Source: Candidatus Woesearchaeota archaeon
GTDB lineage: Archaea; Nanobdellota; Nanobdellia; Woesearchaeales; JAZDKJ01
Length of the DNA stretch: 39,432 bases
Assembly: GCA_043803105.1 (NCBI GenBank)
Contig: JAZDKJ010000003.1
Coordinates: 1-39,432, forward strand
Direction: 5' to 3'
Shown: one piece after another, positions 9,926 through 18,954 of the stretch
How the letters are laid out: each line of letters opens with the position of its first letter
Position numbering within the stretch: position 1 is the stretch's first letter
Program-made: the position numbers and the translations under genes
The notes under the pieces: generated by a model
Database searches by the model: none
What the model saw: the letters and a program-made list of their open reading frames with translations, nothing else
What the model was told of the DNA's origin: nothing

Positions 9926-12900
9926 TAAGCAGCAAGATAACCTTTTGGGTTTGAATTTCTTGTCAAAGACTGCTTTAGCTGGCACTTAATGAACAGCCTC
10001 ATGTCAGAGGGAACATCTGCCAAGAAAACACAAGAATCAAGTTCACAGAGGGCAATACCCTCAGTCTTCTCGAAGCTTAAGTCTTTTGTGCTGAACCTAC
10101 AAGACCTTTCCCCATCAAAGTAAATGACTAACTGAACAACAGAGGTGTTAACCTCCACATCTGTTGTAAGGGTCTTTAAGACAAACGGATTAGTAACGTT
10201 GATTACATTTTGCTGCTTCAAAGAAATCGAATTAGGGTAATCTTGATTTAGGATGGCGAAGCGATCATGCCTTGTTAGGAAAAGCGAGTATGATTCAGTA
10301 AAAACCGGCTGGTCAACACATCTGATGAAGATATTGGTTTGAGGATGGCTTTGGATTTCGGCTCCACAGGAAAAGTTGTCAACAAAACCTGCAAGTTCTG
10401 AAGAGGTGCAGTTAAGTTGGTGAGGCATTGATTGGAAAGGCAAATCCTGGTCGAAAGAATAGCTGCATTGTGCGGGCTCGTCAACAACAATTGAAAGATT
10501 GAACTTGGAAGAAACCGGGCTGTTGTTTAAAGGATTAAGGGAGAGAATCTTTGGAGGAGATGTGTCAGGCAGCAGGTCATAGGAAATGCAGAAATTGTTG
10601 TTATTTGCTGAGCGGTCGACACAACTGACAAAGACAACGCCCTGGCGGGCCTCGATGGCCAGGACAATACGCTCAACCAAAGCAAGGGAGTGCACTATCG
10701 AGGGCTGTACCAAGGAATAGAATTCTGACTCCAGCCGGTCAATAAATGAAACAATTGGAGTGGCTTTCAATCCAAAACTTGAGGCAAGTTTGATAAGCTT
10801 TGAGCGAGTCTTGTTAAAAATCTGTTTGTATTGGTCAAGCATTGCAACCTGTAAAACGCTACGCAAACCAATGGCACTCAAGAACTGGTGCTTCATCTGT
10901 TCAAGGGCAACAACCTTAAAAGACATCTGATGCACAGTAGAAAAAGCCACTGCGCCAGAGCCTGGAATAAGAGAATAGTTGATAGGCAGGGGAGCAGTCT
11001 TGCATGATGCATCCTTAGAGGTGTTAAACCTGAAGTTTATTGTCTCATAAGGAGGCACTGGCTTGTCCAAGTGCCAGCAATTATCATAACCAGCAAAGTC
11101 CTGTCTTGTGGAGTTGTAGCCTTTGACTGAATCAAAAACAATTTTTGGCGGGTTAGAATCCTCAGCTATAGGGCTGCAGGAACCGAAACCATTCTTTTCC
11201 TCGTAAATGCAGCCCTGGCCAAGGCTTCTGCACTTATATTCTGTGCATGGAAGTCCTGACTTGTTGCAATCAAAACAATTTGCAGAGCCGAAGGGAGCTA
11301 CCCAGGGAAGGCAAAAAGCAGAGTGCAAGACATGAAACTCAATGTTGCCGTATTTCAGATAGTGCCAGGCATAATCAGAAGGATCCTGATTGGAAAGCCA
11401 GGTCATATAACTTGAGATACCATCCATAAGCTTCTGCACAGGAATCCTAGAATCGAACTCATGACCTGTTAAAATAGGCTGAGCCACTGAGAGGGGCAAC
11501 TGGAGAGAAGCAAAGGTCATGTTAGCAGACTTGGCACTAGGAAGGGTGGACAGCCTTGGAGATCCATCTGTGTTAAAATAGCCACCTGAGCCAAACGCTC
11601 CGGCAATATTGTAATAATCGCCGCAATCACCCTGGTAAGAACAATAAGCAGCAACAGAATCAACCCAGGCCTGGGGGCAACTAAAACCATCGCACGAGCG
11701 CTGCTCGCTAGCCATTCCACAAACTGGAGAGGCCTGGTTTTGCCAATGCCTAAAGCCTGGTGGAGCAAGAGGGGAACAAAGATGATCAGGCCGAATCACT
11801 CCAAAGGTAGGCGATCTTAATAGCCAGGCTGACCACTGGCAATCACGCTTTGAAATGTCTTCACAGGAAGACTGAATGTTTTGTGCAGCACAATCCTGCC
11901 AGCGGTTAGGGCGACATGCAGCCTTTGGCAAACCATCAATAAGCTGTTCTGAGCAGAGCTCTTCACGATAATCGCGGCACTCTTCAGTAAGAATCCTGCC
12001 ATCAAAACAGCTCTGGAGATAATGCTGGGAGCCGACAAAATCAAGACCGGAGCCAGAAGGACCCTGGTAAACACACCAAGAAGCACCATTAGGCAAGGGA
12101 GCACAACCAGAGCAATCCTTACAAGCGGAAGGGGCAAATGGCTGGTCACAATCAAGAGGCAAAGAAGAAGACCAAACTCCATTCTCGCTAATACAATCAG
12201 CCTGAGGTGAGTTAAAAAAACAGGCCCTATCTGAGGTAATGCAATAACCTGCTGGTTCAATAGGGATAGAGGCTTTGCCGATTAGCGAAACAGTGTCTTT
12301 GCCTTGAAAACCAAAATTGAATCTCAAGCTGTCTTTGGTATCTGGAAGATAAACTGATAATGAGTAAAGCGTGTCAGGATAAGGCTTGTGCTTTTCAATA
12401 AGAACATCAGGGTGAGAAAGCATCCAGGAATCCTTATCAAAATAAGAGGAATTAATCTCTGAGTTAAGGATAAACCTTGAGAGGTCAAGAAGCTTGCCTA
12501 AAGGCAGGGCAATGTCAACAGACTGCTTTGGATTTTCCAAAACAAAAGAATCCTTACTAACAAGCACAGGATAATCAACAAGGAACTGCACATGGTCAAA
12601 GGCAATAACTGAAGAGACAACTATAGGTTTGTCTGTTACAGCATAACCCTGGCGTTTCAAGAAAGTCAGGTTAATACAGGACAAAAGTCCAGTGCGCAAG
12701 GCTTCTGCCAATCTGGACTGCATCTTTGACCTTGTCAACAAGCCATTGATGCATCCATTCTTTTCGCTGGACAAGCACAGGTAAGAATAATTTACTCCCT
12801 GGTACAACCTGTGCTGAAGTGGATGAAAATCTCCGCCTCCAGAGGCAAGAGACTTTATGAGTATTGGTGCTTTCTCCTTAACGCAAGAGGAGACTGCCTG

Positions 12901-13056
12901 GGACACAAGCTCTGGCACAAGCTCAGGCTCAATAGGATGCTCGGGAAGGATTTGTGTTTTTGCTGATTCAAGAAAATAAACCAAAGCCAGGGAAGAGAGG
13001 ATTGCAAGGCCAAGAATAATGAAAATAGTCAACTGACCTTTTTTTATTGCAGACAC
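9916..13056 (-). CDS. Large Cys-rich secreted protein with a class III (prepilin-type) signal peptide
   Basis: KKG/QLTIFIILGLAIL, a central region with many Cys, and C-terminal Ig-like DSNPPKI/DTSPPKI modules. Start uncertain (GTG 13080, GTG 13056 or ATA 13047). Confidence 0.8.
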   Translation of the reverse strand: MSAIKKGQLTIFIILGLAILSSLALVYFLESAKTQILPEHPIEPELVPELVSQAVSSCVKEKAPILIKSLASGGGDFHPLQHRLYQGVNYSYLCLSSEKNGCINGLLTRSKMQSRLAEALRTGLLSCINLTFLKRQGYAVTDKPIVVSSVIAFDHVQFLVDYPVLVSKDSFVLENPKQSVDIALPLGKLLDLSRFILNSEINSSYFDKDSWMLSHPDVLIEKHKPYPDTLYSLSVYLPDTKDSLRFNFGFQGKDTVSLIGKASIPIEPAGYCITSDRACFFNSPQADCISENGVWSSSLPLDCDQPFAPSACKDCSGCAPLPNGASWCVYQGPSGSGLDFVGSQHYLQSCFDGRILTEECRDYREELCSEQLIDGLPKAACRPNRWQDCAAQNIQSSCEDISKRDCQWSAWLLRSPTFGVIRPDHLCSPLAPPGFRHWQNQASPVCGMASEQRSCDGFSCPQAWVDSVAAYCSYQGDCGDYYNIAGAFGSGGYFNTDGSPRLSTLPSAKSANMTFASLQLPLSVAQPILTGHEFDSRIPVQKLMDGISSYMTWLSNQDPSDYAWHYLKYGNIEFHVLHSAFCLPWVAPFGSANCFDCNKSGLPCTEYKCRSLGQGCIYEEKNGFGSCSPIAEDSNPPKIVFDSVKGYNSTRQDFAGYDNCWHLDKPVPPYETINFRFNTSKDASCKTAPLPINYSLIPGSGAVAFSTVHQMSFKVVALEQMKHQFLSAIGLRSVLQVAMLDQYKQIFNKTRSKLIKLASSFGLKATPIVSFIDRLESEFYSLVQPSIVHSLALVERIVLAIEARQGVVFVSCVDRSANNNNFCISYDLLPDTSPPKILSLNPLNNSPVSSKFNLSIVVDEPAQCSYSFDQDLPFQSMPHQLNCTSSELAGFVDNFSCGAEIQSHPQTNIFIRCVDQPVFTESYSLFLTRHDRFAILNQDYPNSISLKQQNVINVTNPFVLKTLTTDVEVNTSVVQLVIYFDGERSCRFSTKDLSFEKTEGIALCELDSCVFLADVPSDMRLFIKCQLKQSLTRNSNPKGYLAAYHS

Positions 13057-13142
13057 CTCTTTACAGAGAATCAAACACACAAAGCAGCATATATAAACTT
13101 TGTGAAGAAAGGTTTAAATAATACAAAACAAGATTTTTGCAT

Positions 13143-13703
13143 ATGCTTTCAAAGAAGGCAACAAAAAGCCTGCACACAATAATGATCGTGATAATCATAG
13201 TTGCACTCGCTGCACCACTAATAGTGTACAGCGCAAGCGGTGGATCGAGCAGCGGAGGGTGCTGCGGAGGCTGCTGCAGCAGCAGCGATGTTGAAGACAC
13301 CCAAGGAGACGGAACAGAGACTGCAGAAGATGCTGTGCCGACACCAGCACCAGCACCAGGGCCGACAATCTGCGAGCAAAAAAAGATATCAATCACAAAA
13401 GTCAACGGAACATTCAAGCAGACAATTCTATCAAACCATTATGAGTACACCTACAGTTACACAATAACTGCATGCAAGGAAGGGCTTACATGCAAAGTGA
13501 GTTTTGATGGGCTCAAAACATCCAGCCCTGAAGGAACATTCAGCGTGCCAATGAACAGCACAACCTCAAGGTCAGGGACATATTCTTCAGAACAGGTTGA
13601 AGGGTTTGAGACAAAGGATGTTTTCAACCAGATGACAATAGAGGTCTCTGACAAGAGTGTGGGAAATTGCGGAGCAGGAAAATTCTGTTATCCTGAGCGA
13701 TAA
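13143..13703 (+). CDS. Membrane-anchored protein with a GGCCGGCC motif, acidic/Pro linker and small beta domain
   Basis: MLSKKA plus a hydrophobic helix, then SGGSSSGGCCGGCCSSS and PTPAPAPGP. TTTAAATA about 25 nt upstream. Codon usage matches other + strand genes. Confidence 0.75.
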   Translation: MLSKKATKSLHTIMIVIIIVALAAPLIVYSASGGSSSGGCCGGCCSSSDVEDTQGDGTETAEDAVPTPAPAPGPTICEQKKISITKVNGTFKQTILSNHYEYTYSYTITACKEGLTCKVSFDGLKTSSPEGTFSVPMNSTTSRSGTYSSEQVEGFETKDVFNQMTIEVSDKSVGNCGAGKFCYPER

Positions 13704-13735
13704 ATTTAATACAAGGCCGACAAACCTTGACAACA

Positions 13736-14497
13736 ATGATACCCTACAGGCTAATGCCCTCATTCTATATTGCAGGAATCCACATAGGGGTAGCGCCTTT
13801 AATGTCAACATTAGGCTTTGTGGTGATGGGATATCTTGCAGCAAGAGAAGCTAAGAAAATCAAATTGTTCAGAGACAGGAACGAGAGCTTGCTGTTCTTT
13901 TTGCTGTTTGCCTTATGCAGCCTTGCTGGAGGAAGAATTTGGTATTTTACAGAACATTTTGACGGAGCTGCAACGATAAGACAGTTCTTTAACGTGTTTG
14001 AACCAGGGCTTGCATCATTTGGGATGATAATAGGCGGAGCAGTATTCCTTGCACTATGGACCAGGAAGCATAGAAAAGGCTCATTCGCACTCCTTGCAGA
14101 TGTCACAGCACTATATACTCCACTTTTCATAGCAATATACAGGATTGGATGCTATTTCAACGGCTGCTGCTATGGAATAAGAACCAATGTAGCATGGGCA
14201 TTGAAGAACACAATAACAGGGGTTGCACGGCATCCAAGCCAAGTGTATGAAATAGCGAGCGCACTTTTAATATTCGTGATATTAAAGCATATGAAAAAAA
14301 GATTCAAAGGAGAGATAGCATTGTGGTTCCTGGTGCTTTACGCAACAGGGAGGTTCATAACAGACTTTTTCAGGTACTACCCAGAACATTATTTGGGATT
14401 GTCAATAACCCAATTCTATTGTCTAGGAATATTTTTGATAGGGTCATTCTTGCTTACGAGAAAATACCTTATCATTTATCGTACCAGTCGGGCTTGA
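13736..14497 (+). CDS. lgt: Prolipoprotein diacylglyceryl transferase (Lgt) family protein, GCC-type
   Basis: GGRIWY, RIGCYFNGCCYG (canonical RLGNFxNGExxG), RHPSQVYE and YATGRFITDFFR; about 7 TM. Confidence 0.88.
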   Translation: MIPYRLMPSFYIAGIHIGVAPLMSTLGFVVMGYLAAREAKKIKLFRDRNESLLFFLLFALCSLAGGRIWYFTEHFDGAATIRQFFNVFEPGLASFGMIIGGAVFLALWTRKHRKGSFALLADVTALYTPLFIAIYRIGCYFNGCCYGIRTNVAWALKNTITGVARHPSQVYEIASALLIFVILKHMKKRFKGEIALWFLVLYATGRFITDFFRYYPEHYLGLSITQFYCLGIFLIGSFLLTRKYLIIYRTSRA

Positions 14498-15974
14498 TAT
14501 TATAATTGACTGACTTGCCAAAAGGCTGCAAAACAAAGTTAAGAAAATATTTCCAAGTGATGTTTCTCTTTGATGCAGCAAGATTGTTAATGGCATTAAG
14601 CCGCCTCTTGCCAGTAGAATCTGGCCTAAAAAACTGTTCCCTATACCCTCTTGAAGACAAACCGCTTAAAAAAGTGCGCCAAAGCAGCCAATTCCTAGAC
14701 ATATTGGCAGAACGCATAACAGGATTGATAAAGTTATAGTATCTGTAATCATTTTCCTCAAGCAAATCGTTATTGGCAAAGTATTTTGTTCCTGGCAATG
14801 GAGTTAATGGAATTGGCATGCCAACATCAAAGGGAAGGTCCTTCAAGACATGATAAAATTCTTTTAAAGATTTAGGGGTTTCATCCGGAAGGCCGTAAAT
14901 ATAGGAGGCAATGGAAAGAACCTGCGGATATTCTGCAACAATATTGAAAGCCTTGGCAACAGTGCTGTAATCATTAGACCTCTTGTTCAGAAAAACAAGG
15001 TCTGAAGGATTAATCCTTTCAATACCTATCATCACCTGCCTTGTGCCTGCCTTAACAAGCTTGGAGAATATGCCTTTGTTATCGTCTCTGACAATATAAT
15101 CAGCACGCATCCACATGGCATGGTCAACATCAAGCTTTCTTTTGGAAATCTCATTACAGAACTCAAGGTTCCAATGAGAGTCAGCATTCCAAGTAGGGTC
15201 AACCCAACAAAAGGTCTTTCTTTTGAATTTTTGTTGCAGACATTCAATCTCATCAACAGTCTTTTTTACTGACTTTGTACGGTAGCAGGGCTTTGGCACA
15301 CCACTCTTAGGATTAATTGAGGCCATCTGCTTCCATAAGACACAAAAATTGCAGCTAGAGGAGCAGCCTCGACTATGCTCAACAGCAACAAAATCCCTGT
15401 GGCTGTGACTTTGCGAACCATAATGGTCCATGTCGAGCAAATCGAAGGCAGGCATTGGCAGTTTTTCCATGTCCAACAAGGGCCTTGGTTTTGTGTGGAC
15501 AACCCTTTGTCCATTACGAAAGGCAATTCCCTTAATATCAGCGAAATTGTCTTTTCCATCAAGAAGGAAATTGGAAAGCTCGAGCATAGTAAGCTCACCT
15601 TCGTGTTTGACAACAAAATCAACAGGATTATTCAACAAGGTATTTTCTGCAGTAAAAGTGAAGTGGCAGCCACCAACTATGACCTTCACTTCAGGATTTA
15701 GTTCTTTAGCAAGAGAGGCAAGACGCAAAGCCTCGTGGCTTGAGGCAGTCTCTTCACCAAGACAAAGAACATCTGGCTTTTCGTGCCTCAAAATAGGAGC
15801 AACATGTTTCCAGCCAATACCTGCAGCAGGAAGGTCCCTTACCGCAACCTTGACGTCAAGATTTTCACGCAAGACAGCAGCCATTGAGCAGAATCCCAAG
15901 GGAGGCCAAAAGCTACTATGGCTTGAGTGAAAAGCCCACTGATACCTTGGGGCTTTTGCAAATAGGATTTTCAT
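14472..15974 (-). CDS. Cobalamin-binding radical SAM enzyme
   Basis: N-terminal B12-binding domain (PPLG, GGCHFT, EGELT), SRGCSSSCNFC (CX3CX2C), IGIE, GLPDET and TPLPGT. Confidence 0.93.
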   Translation of the reverse strand: MKILFAKAPRYQWAFHSSHSSFWPPLGFCSMAAVLRENLDVKVAVRDLPAAGIGWKHVAPILRHEKPDVLCLGEETASSHEALRLASLAKELNPEVKVIVGGCHFTFTAENTLLNNPVDFVVKHEGELTMLELSNFLLDGKDNFADIKGIAFRNGQRVVHTKPRPLLDMEKLPMPAFDLLDMDHYGSQSHSHRDFVAVEHSRGCSSSCNFCVLWKQMASINPKSGVPKPCYRTKSVKKTVDEIECLQQKFKRKTFCWVDPTWNADSHWNLEFCNEISKRKLDVDHAMWMRADYIVRDDNKGIFSKLVKAGTRQVMIGIERINPSDLVFLNKRSNDYSTVAKAFNIVAEYPQVLSIASYIYGLPDETPKSLKEFYHVLKDLPFDVGMPIPLTPLPGTKYFANNDLLEENDYRYYNFINPVMRSANMSRNWLLWRTFLSGLSSRGYREQFFRPDSTGKRRLNAINNLAASKRNITWKYFLNFVLQPFGKSVNYNIKPDWYDK

Positions 15975-16016
15975 CTAGACAAGCAAAGAACTGGGAAGAG
16001 ATATAAATTGTTTGCC

Positions 16017-16097
16017 TTATGAAACGATACAGCCCGCAGTAAGGACAGCTGCCAATAGAACACAAATGCAAACAAAAAGCCTCAAGAGTTTTTCCAT
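16017..16097 (-). CDS. 26-aa lipobox micropeptide MEKLLRLFVCICVLLAAVLTAGCIVS
   Basis: ATG 16097 to TAA 16017. Charged n-region, hydrophobic h-region and lipobox TAG-C, with its own TATA box. Too short for the supplied ORF track. Confidence 0.7.
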   Translation of the reverse strand: MEKLLRLFVCICVLLAAVLTAGCIVS

Positions 16098-16116
16098 TCT
16101 CTAAAGTTCCTTGGCA

Positions 16117-16128
16117 TTTATATAAAAA
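16117..16128 (-). promoter_or_regulatory. TATA box for the micropeptide
   Basis: TTTTTATATAAA, core 22-29 nt upstream of ATG 16097. A second TTTATAT at 16001-16007 precedes the radical SAM gene. Confidence 0.65.
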
Positions 16129-16137
16129 CCTTTGCAA

Positions 16138-18156
16138 TCACAACCTGCTGATGATTCCGTGACGAGGCTCGTAAATGTCACCTGAACGCTTGAGCTTCTC
16201 GATAGCGCTTTCGACATCGCTCTCATCCATGCCTTTTTCTGTGGCAAGCCTCATAATATCTTCAATAGGAATCGTCTTACCGAGCTTATTCTCAAGCTCC
16301 ACAATGATCTCCTTAATGCTGACTATCCTTGTCCTCTGCGTTGCTGTAATACCTGTGGCAATCCTGTCAATGTCGATAGTCCCAGTCTCTTCATCAAGGG
16401 CAATCTGCCTTAAGCAATAATCAAGAAGATTGATGGCACGCCTTGCGTCCTTCTTAGTGACTTTGTCCGATAGACGAACACGCGCAGCGGCCTCAGACAA
16501 ACGGATAAGGCCTTCAAGCTGCCTTGGAGAAATTGGAATGGACTTAACAGCACCTTCGATAGAGCCGGAAGCACGCATCTTGAGATAATAGAGCTCAATC
16601 TCTTCAACAGCAGCTTCTGTCAGCCTGGGCTTGAGATTCTGCTTTGCATAAGCAATATACTTTCTTAGAAGATTAGTGGATATTTCTGGCTCCTCAACAT
16701 AGGGATTCTGATGAAGATTCAAGATAAAGCGAGCCATCTTCTTGTCTTTATCCTCATCTGGCAGGTCCTTTATCGGAAAAATAAGGTCAAACCTGTTGAT
16801 TAAAGTTGAGGGAAGATCAATCTGCTCGGCAATATTACCATAAGGATCAAAGCGGCCAAACTTGGGATTAGCTGCAGCAAGCACAGTCGTCTCGCAAGTC
16901 AAAGTAGCCTGGATGTTTGCCTTGGCAATGCTAACAGACTGCTGTTCAAGACCTTCGTGCATAGCGCTACGGTCCTCTTTACTCATCTTGTCAAGCTCAT
17001 CAATAGCACACAAACCATGATTTGCCAAGACAAGGGCGCCTGCCTCAAGAGAATAGCCCTGCAAAAACTCGTCCCGCACAACTGAAGCTGTAAGGCCTGC
17101 TCCTGTGGTACCTTTACCGCTAACATACCTTGCCTTAGGGGCAACGTTGGTGATGCGCTTTAATAATTGACTTTTTCCACTTCCTGGATCACCAATTAGC
17201 AAAACGTGAATATCTCCTCTTGTAACTGCGCCGCCTTCACGAGACTTTCTGACACCGCCCATCAACTGATAGAGAAGGGCTTCCTTGATGACCTCATGGC
17301 CGTAAATTGACGGAGCAATAGACTGGACTAACCTCGAGTACAGCTTGGGGTCCTCTGATAACTCCCTAATCTGCTCAAGCTCCTCAGGCAACACATTAAG
17401 GTCGAGAAATTCCTCCTGAGAGGCCTCGATATGGTTCGCCTCAATCAGTATATCAAAACGGGTGCTTTGGCCGCCACTCTTCAAAGTGATAGGAACCTCT
17501 TTGACCTGGCCAACAACAATAATCTTGGTGCCAGGATTAGTATGCTTTTCTGACAGAGGGCTAACCAAATCATTCTTCAGGAAAATCTTTATCCTCTTAG
17601 GCTGCTCTCCACCCTCAAGTTCTTCAGTAGCCTCCTCCAGAGTAAGGCTCTGCACATCAACAAGCTCCTTGCTTAGCAGATGAAACCTGCCTTTCCTGCC
17701 GCAACTGCACTTAGAAGGCTCCTTGAACTTTGTGTCAAGCTGAAGAACATTTATTATAGCACCACAAACAGGACACTCAAACTTTGAAGAAGTAACCTGA
17801 GGCCGGACATCAGACTTCTGCCTAACAATGCCAACCATCCACAAAAGCTTGCCAAGATGGGAACTCCTAATGTTCCTGACCATGATCTTCTGGCTGGACG
17901 AAATGTTCTTGAACCGACAGGTGAAATCCTTGGCATCGCCCTGGGAATCAAACTGCTCAATAGCGAGCCGAGCAGTCTGTAAGACCTCATCAGGCTTTTC
18001 GAGCAAAAGGTCAGCTAAAGCAGGATCAAACTCTGAGAGCAATGCAAAATCAAGAGTAATAAATTTCTCCTTCTTGCGAATCTTTTCCAGAAGCTCAGCA
18101 TAGTAATAATGCTCGAAAAAATTCTGAAACTTGGCAACTTGCTCGCTTTCTTCCAT
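16138..18156 (-). CDS. mcm: MCM replicative helicase
   Basis: Zn finger CPVCG...CSCG, Walker A GDPGSGKS, GLTA, IDELDKM, AAANP, arginine finger NRFD and a C-terminal wH. No intein. Confidence 0.98.
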   Translation of the reverse strand: MEESEQVAKFQNFFEHYYYAELLEKIRKKEKFITLDFALLSEFDPALADLLLEKPDEVLQTARLAIEQFDSQGDAKDFTCRFKNISSSQKIMVRNIRSSHLGKLLWMVGIVRQKSDVRPQVTSSKFECPVCGAIINVLQLDTKFKEPSKCSCGRKGRFHLLSKELVDVQSLTLEEATEELEGGEQPKRIKIFLKNDLVSPLSEKHTNPGTKIIVVGQVKEVPITLKSGGQSTRFDILIEANHIEASQEEFLDLNVLPEELEQIRELSEDPKLYSRLVQSIAPSIYGHEVIKEALLYQLMGGVRKSREGGAVTRGDIHVLLIGDPGSGKSQLLKRITNVAPKARYVSGKGTTGAGLTASVVRDEFLQGYSLEAGALVLANHGLCAIDELDKMSKEDRSAMHEGLEQQSVSIAKANIQATLTCETTVLAAANPKFGRFDPYGNIAEQIDLPSTLINRFDLIFPIKDLPDEDKDKKMARFILNLHQNPYVEEPEISTNLLRKYIAYAKQNLKPRLTEAAVEEIELYYLKMRASGSIEGAVKSIPISPRQLEGLIRLSEAAARVRLSDKVTKKDARRAINLLDYCLRQIALDEETGTIDIDRIATGITATQRTRIVSIKEIIVELENKLGKTIPIEDIMRLATEKGMDESDVESAIEKLKRSGDIYEPRHGIISRL

Positions 18157-18235
18157 AATGCACCTTGCAAACTATTCAGTTTTATATAATCTATGTGGGT
18201 ATGTCTAGTGAAAATTTGGCAGCCAAGAAAGATTT

Positions 18236-18775
18236 TTACTTGATCTTTTTCAGGTTGACAATGAGCATGTCCAAAGCCCGATACACTTCTTGCTCGCTCT
18301 TGGTGCCTGTACATACAACCTTGCCGTTGCTAAAGAGCAGGAAAGTAGCCTTAGCTTCTGCAAGCTTATAAACCAAGCCAGGGAACTGCTCTGGCTCATA
18401 CTCTGTGTTCTCGAGCTTCATGGCCAAGGTATTCAAATTAAGGGCCATACCCACAGTGCCTGAGGCAACAATGTTCTGAATCTTGATTTCTGGTTCAACA
18501 GTAATCTTGACATTAATCTTCTGCAAGCTCTTAATGATCTTCTGCAAGGATTCTCTGACATCTTTCATGGTCCTTGCACCAGTACAAACCACTTTACCTG
18601 ATGAAAAGATTAATGCGCTTGTTTTAGGGTCTTTAATCCTAATAACAAGGCCTGGAAATTGTTCTGGATTGTATTCAGTATTGCTTAAAGTCGCCGCCAT
18701 CTTTTCCAGAGGTATATCATGCTCTAATGATGTAGAAACAACTATATTGACCACTTTGATATCTTTCTTAGCCAT
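18236..18775 (-). CDS. tbp: TATA-box binding protein
   Basis: Two internal repeats NIV.S...EY.PEQFPGL...LIFSSGKVVCTG. Confidence 0.98.
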   Translation of the reverse strand: MAKKDIKVVNIVVSTSLEHDIPLEKMAATLSNTEYNPEQFPGLVIRIKDPKTSALIFSSGKVVCTGARTMKDVRESLQKIIKSLQKINVKITVEPEIKIQNIVASGTVGMALNLNTLAMKLENTEYEPEQFPGLVYKLAEAKATFLLFSNGKVVCTGTKSEQEVYRALDMLIVNLKKIK

Positions 18776-18954
18776 TTTGACCCCCTTAACCTAAAATTTC
18801 TTTAATAAGTTTATAAAGGGCACGAGTTTATAAATACTTTTATTTTTAAATAGAGATTTTGCAGAAAATACACCTGCATGGTTTCTTATGGAAAGAGGCA
18901 GGAAAATGCCTCAGGAAGGGCTAAGGGCTGCAAAAAGAGAAAGAAGAAAAAGCA

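Noticed and set aside
13340-13362. CCAGCA tandem repeat
   Set aside because: It simply encodes a Pro-Ala linker.
15916-16137. 73-aa Cys-rich ORF from the track as an rSAM substrate peptide
   Set aside because: TTG start upstream of the TATA box and overlap with the rSAM gene; the 26-aa frame has the ATG, promoter spacing and signal-peptide structure.
2958-18156. Inteins in DP2 or MCM
   Set aside because: Lengths are normal and motifs contiguous; no splice-junction or LAGLIDADG motifs seen.
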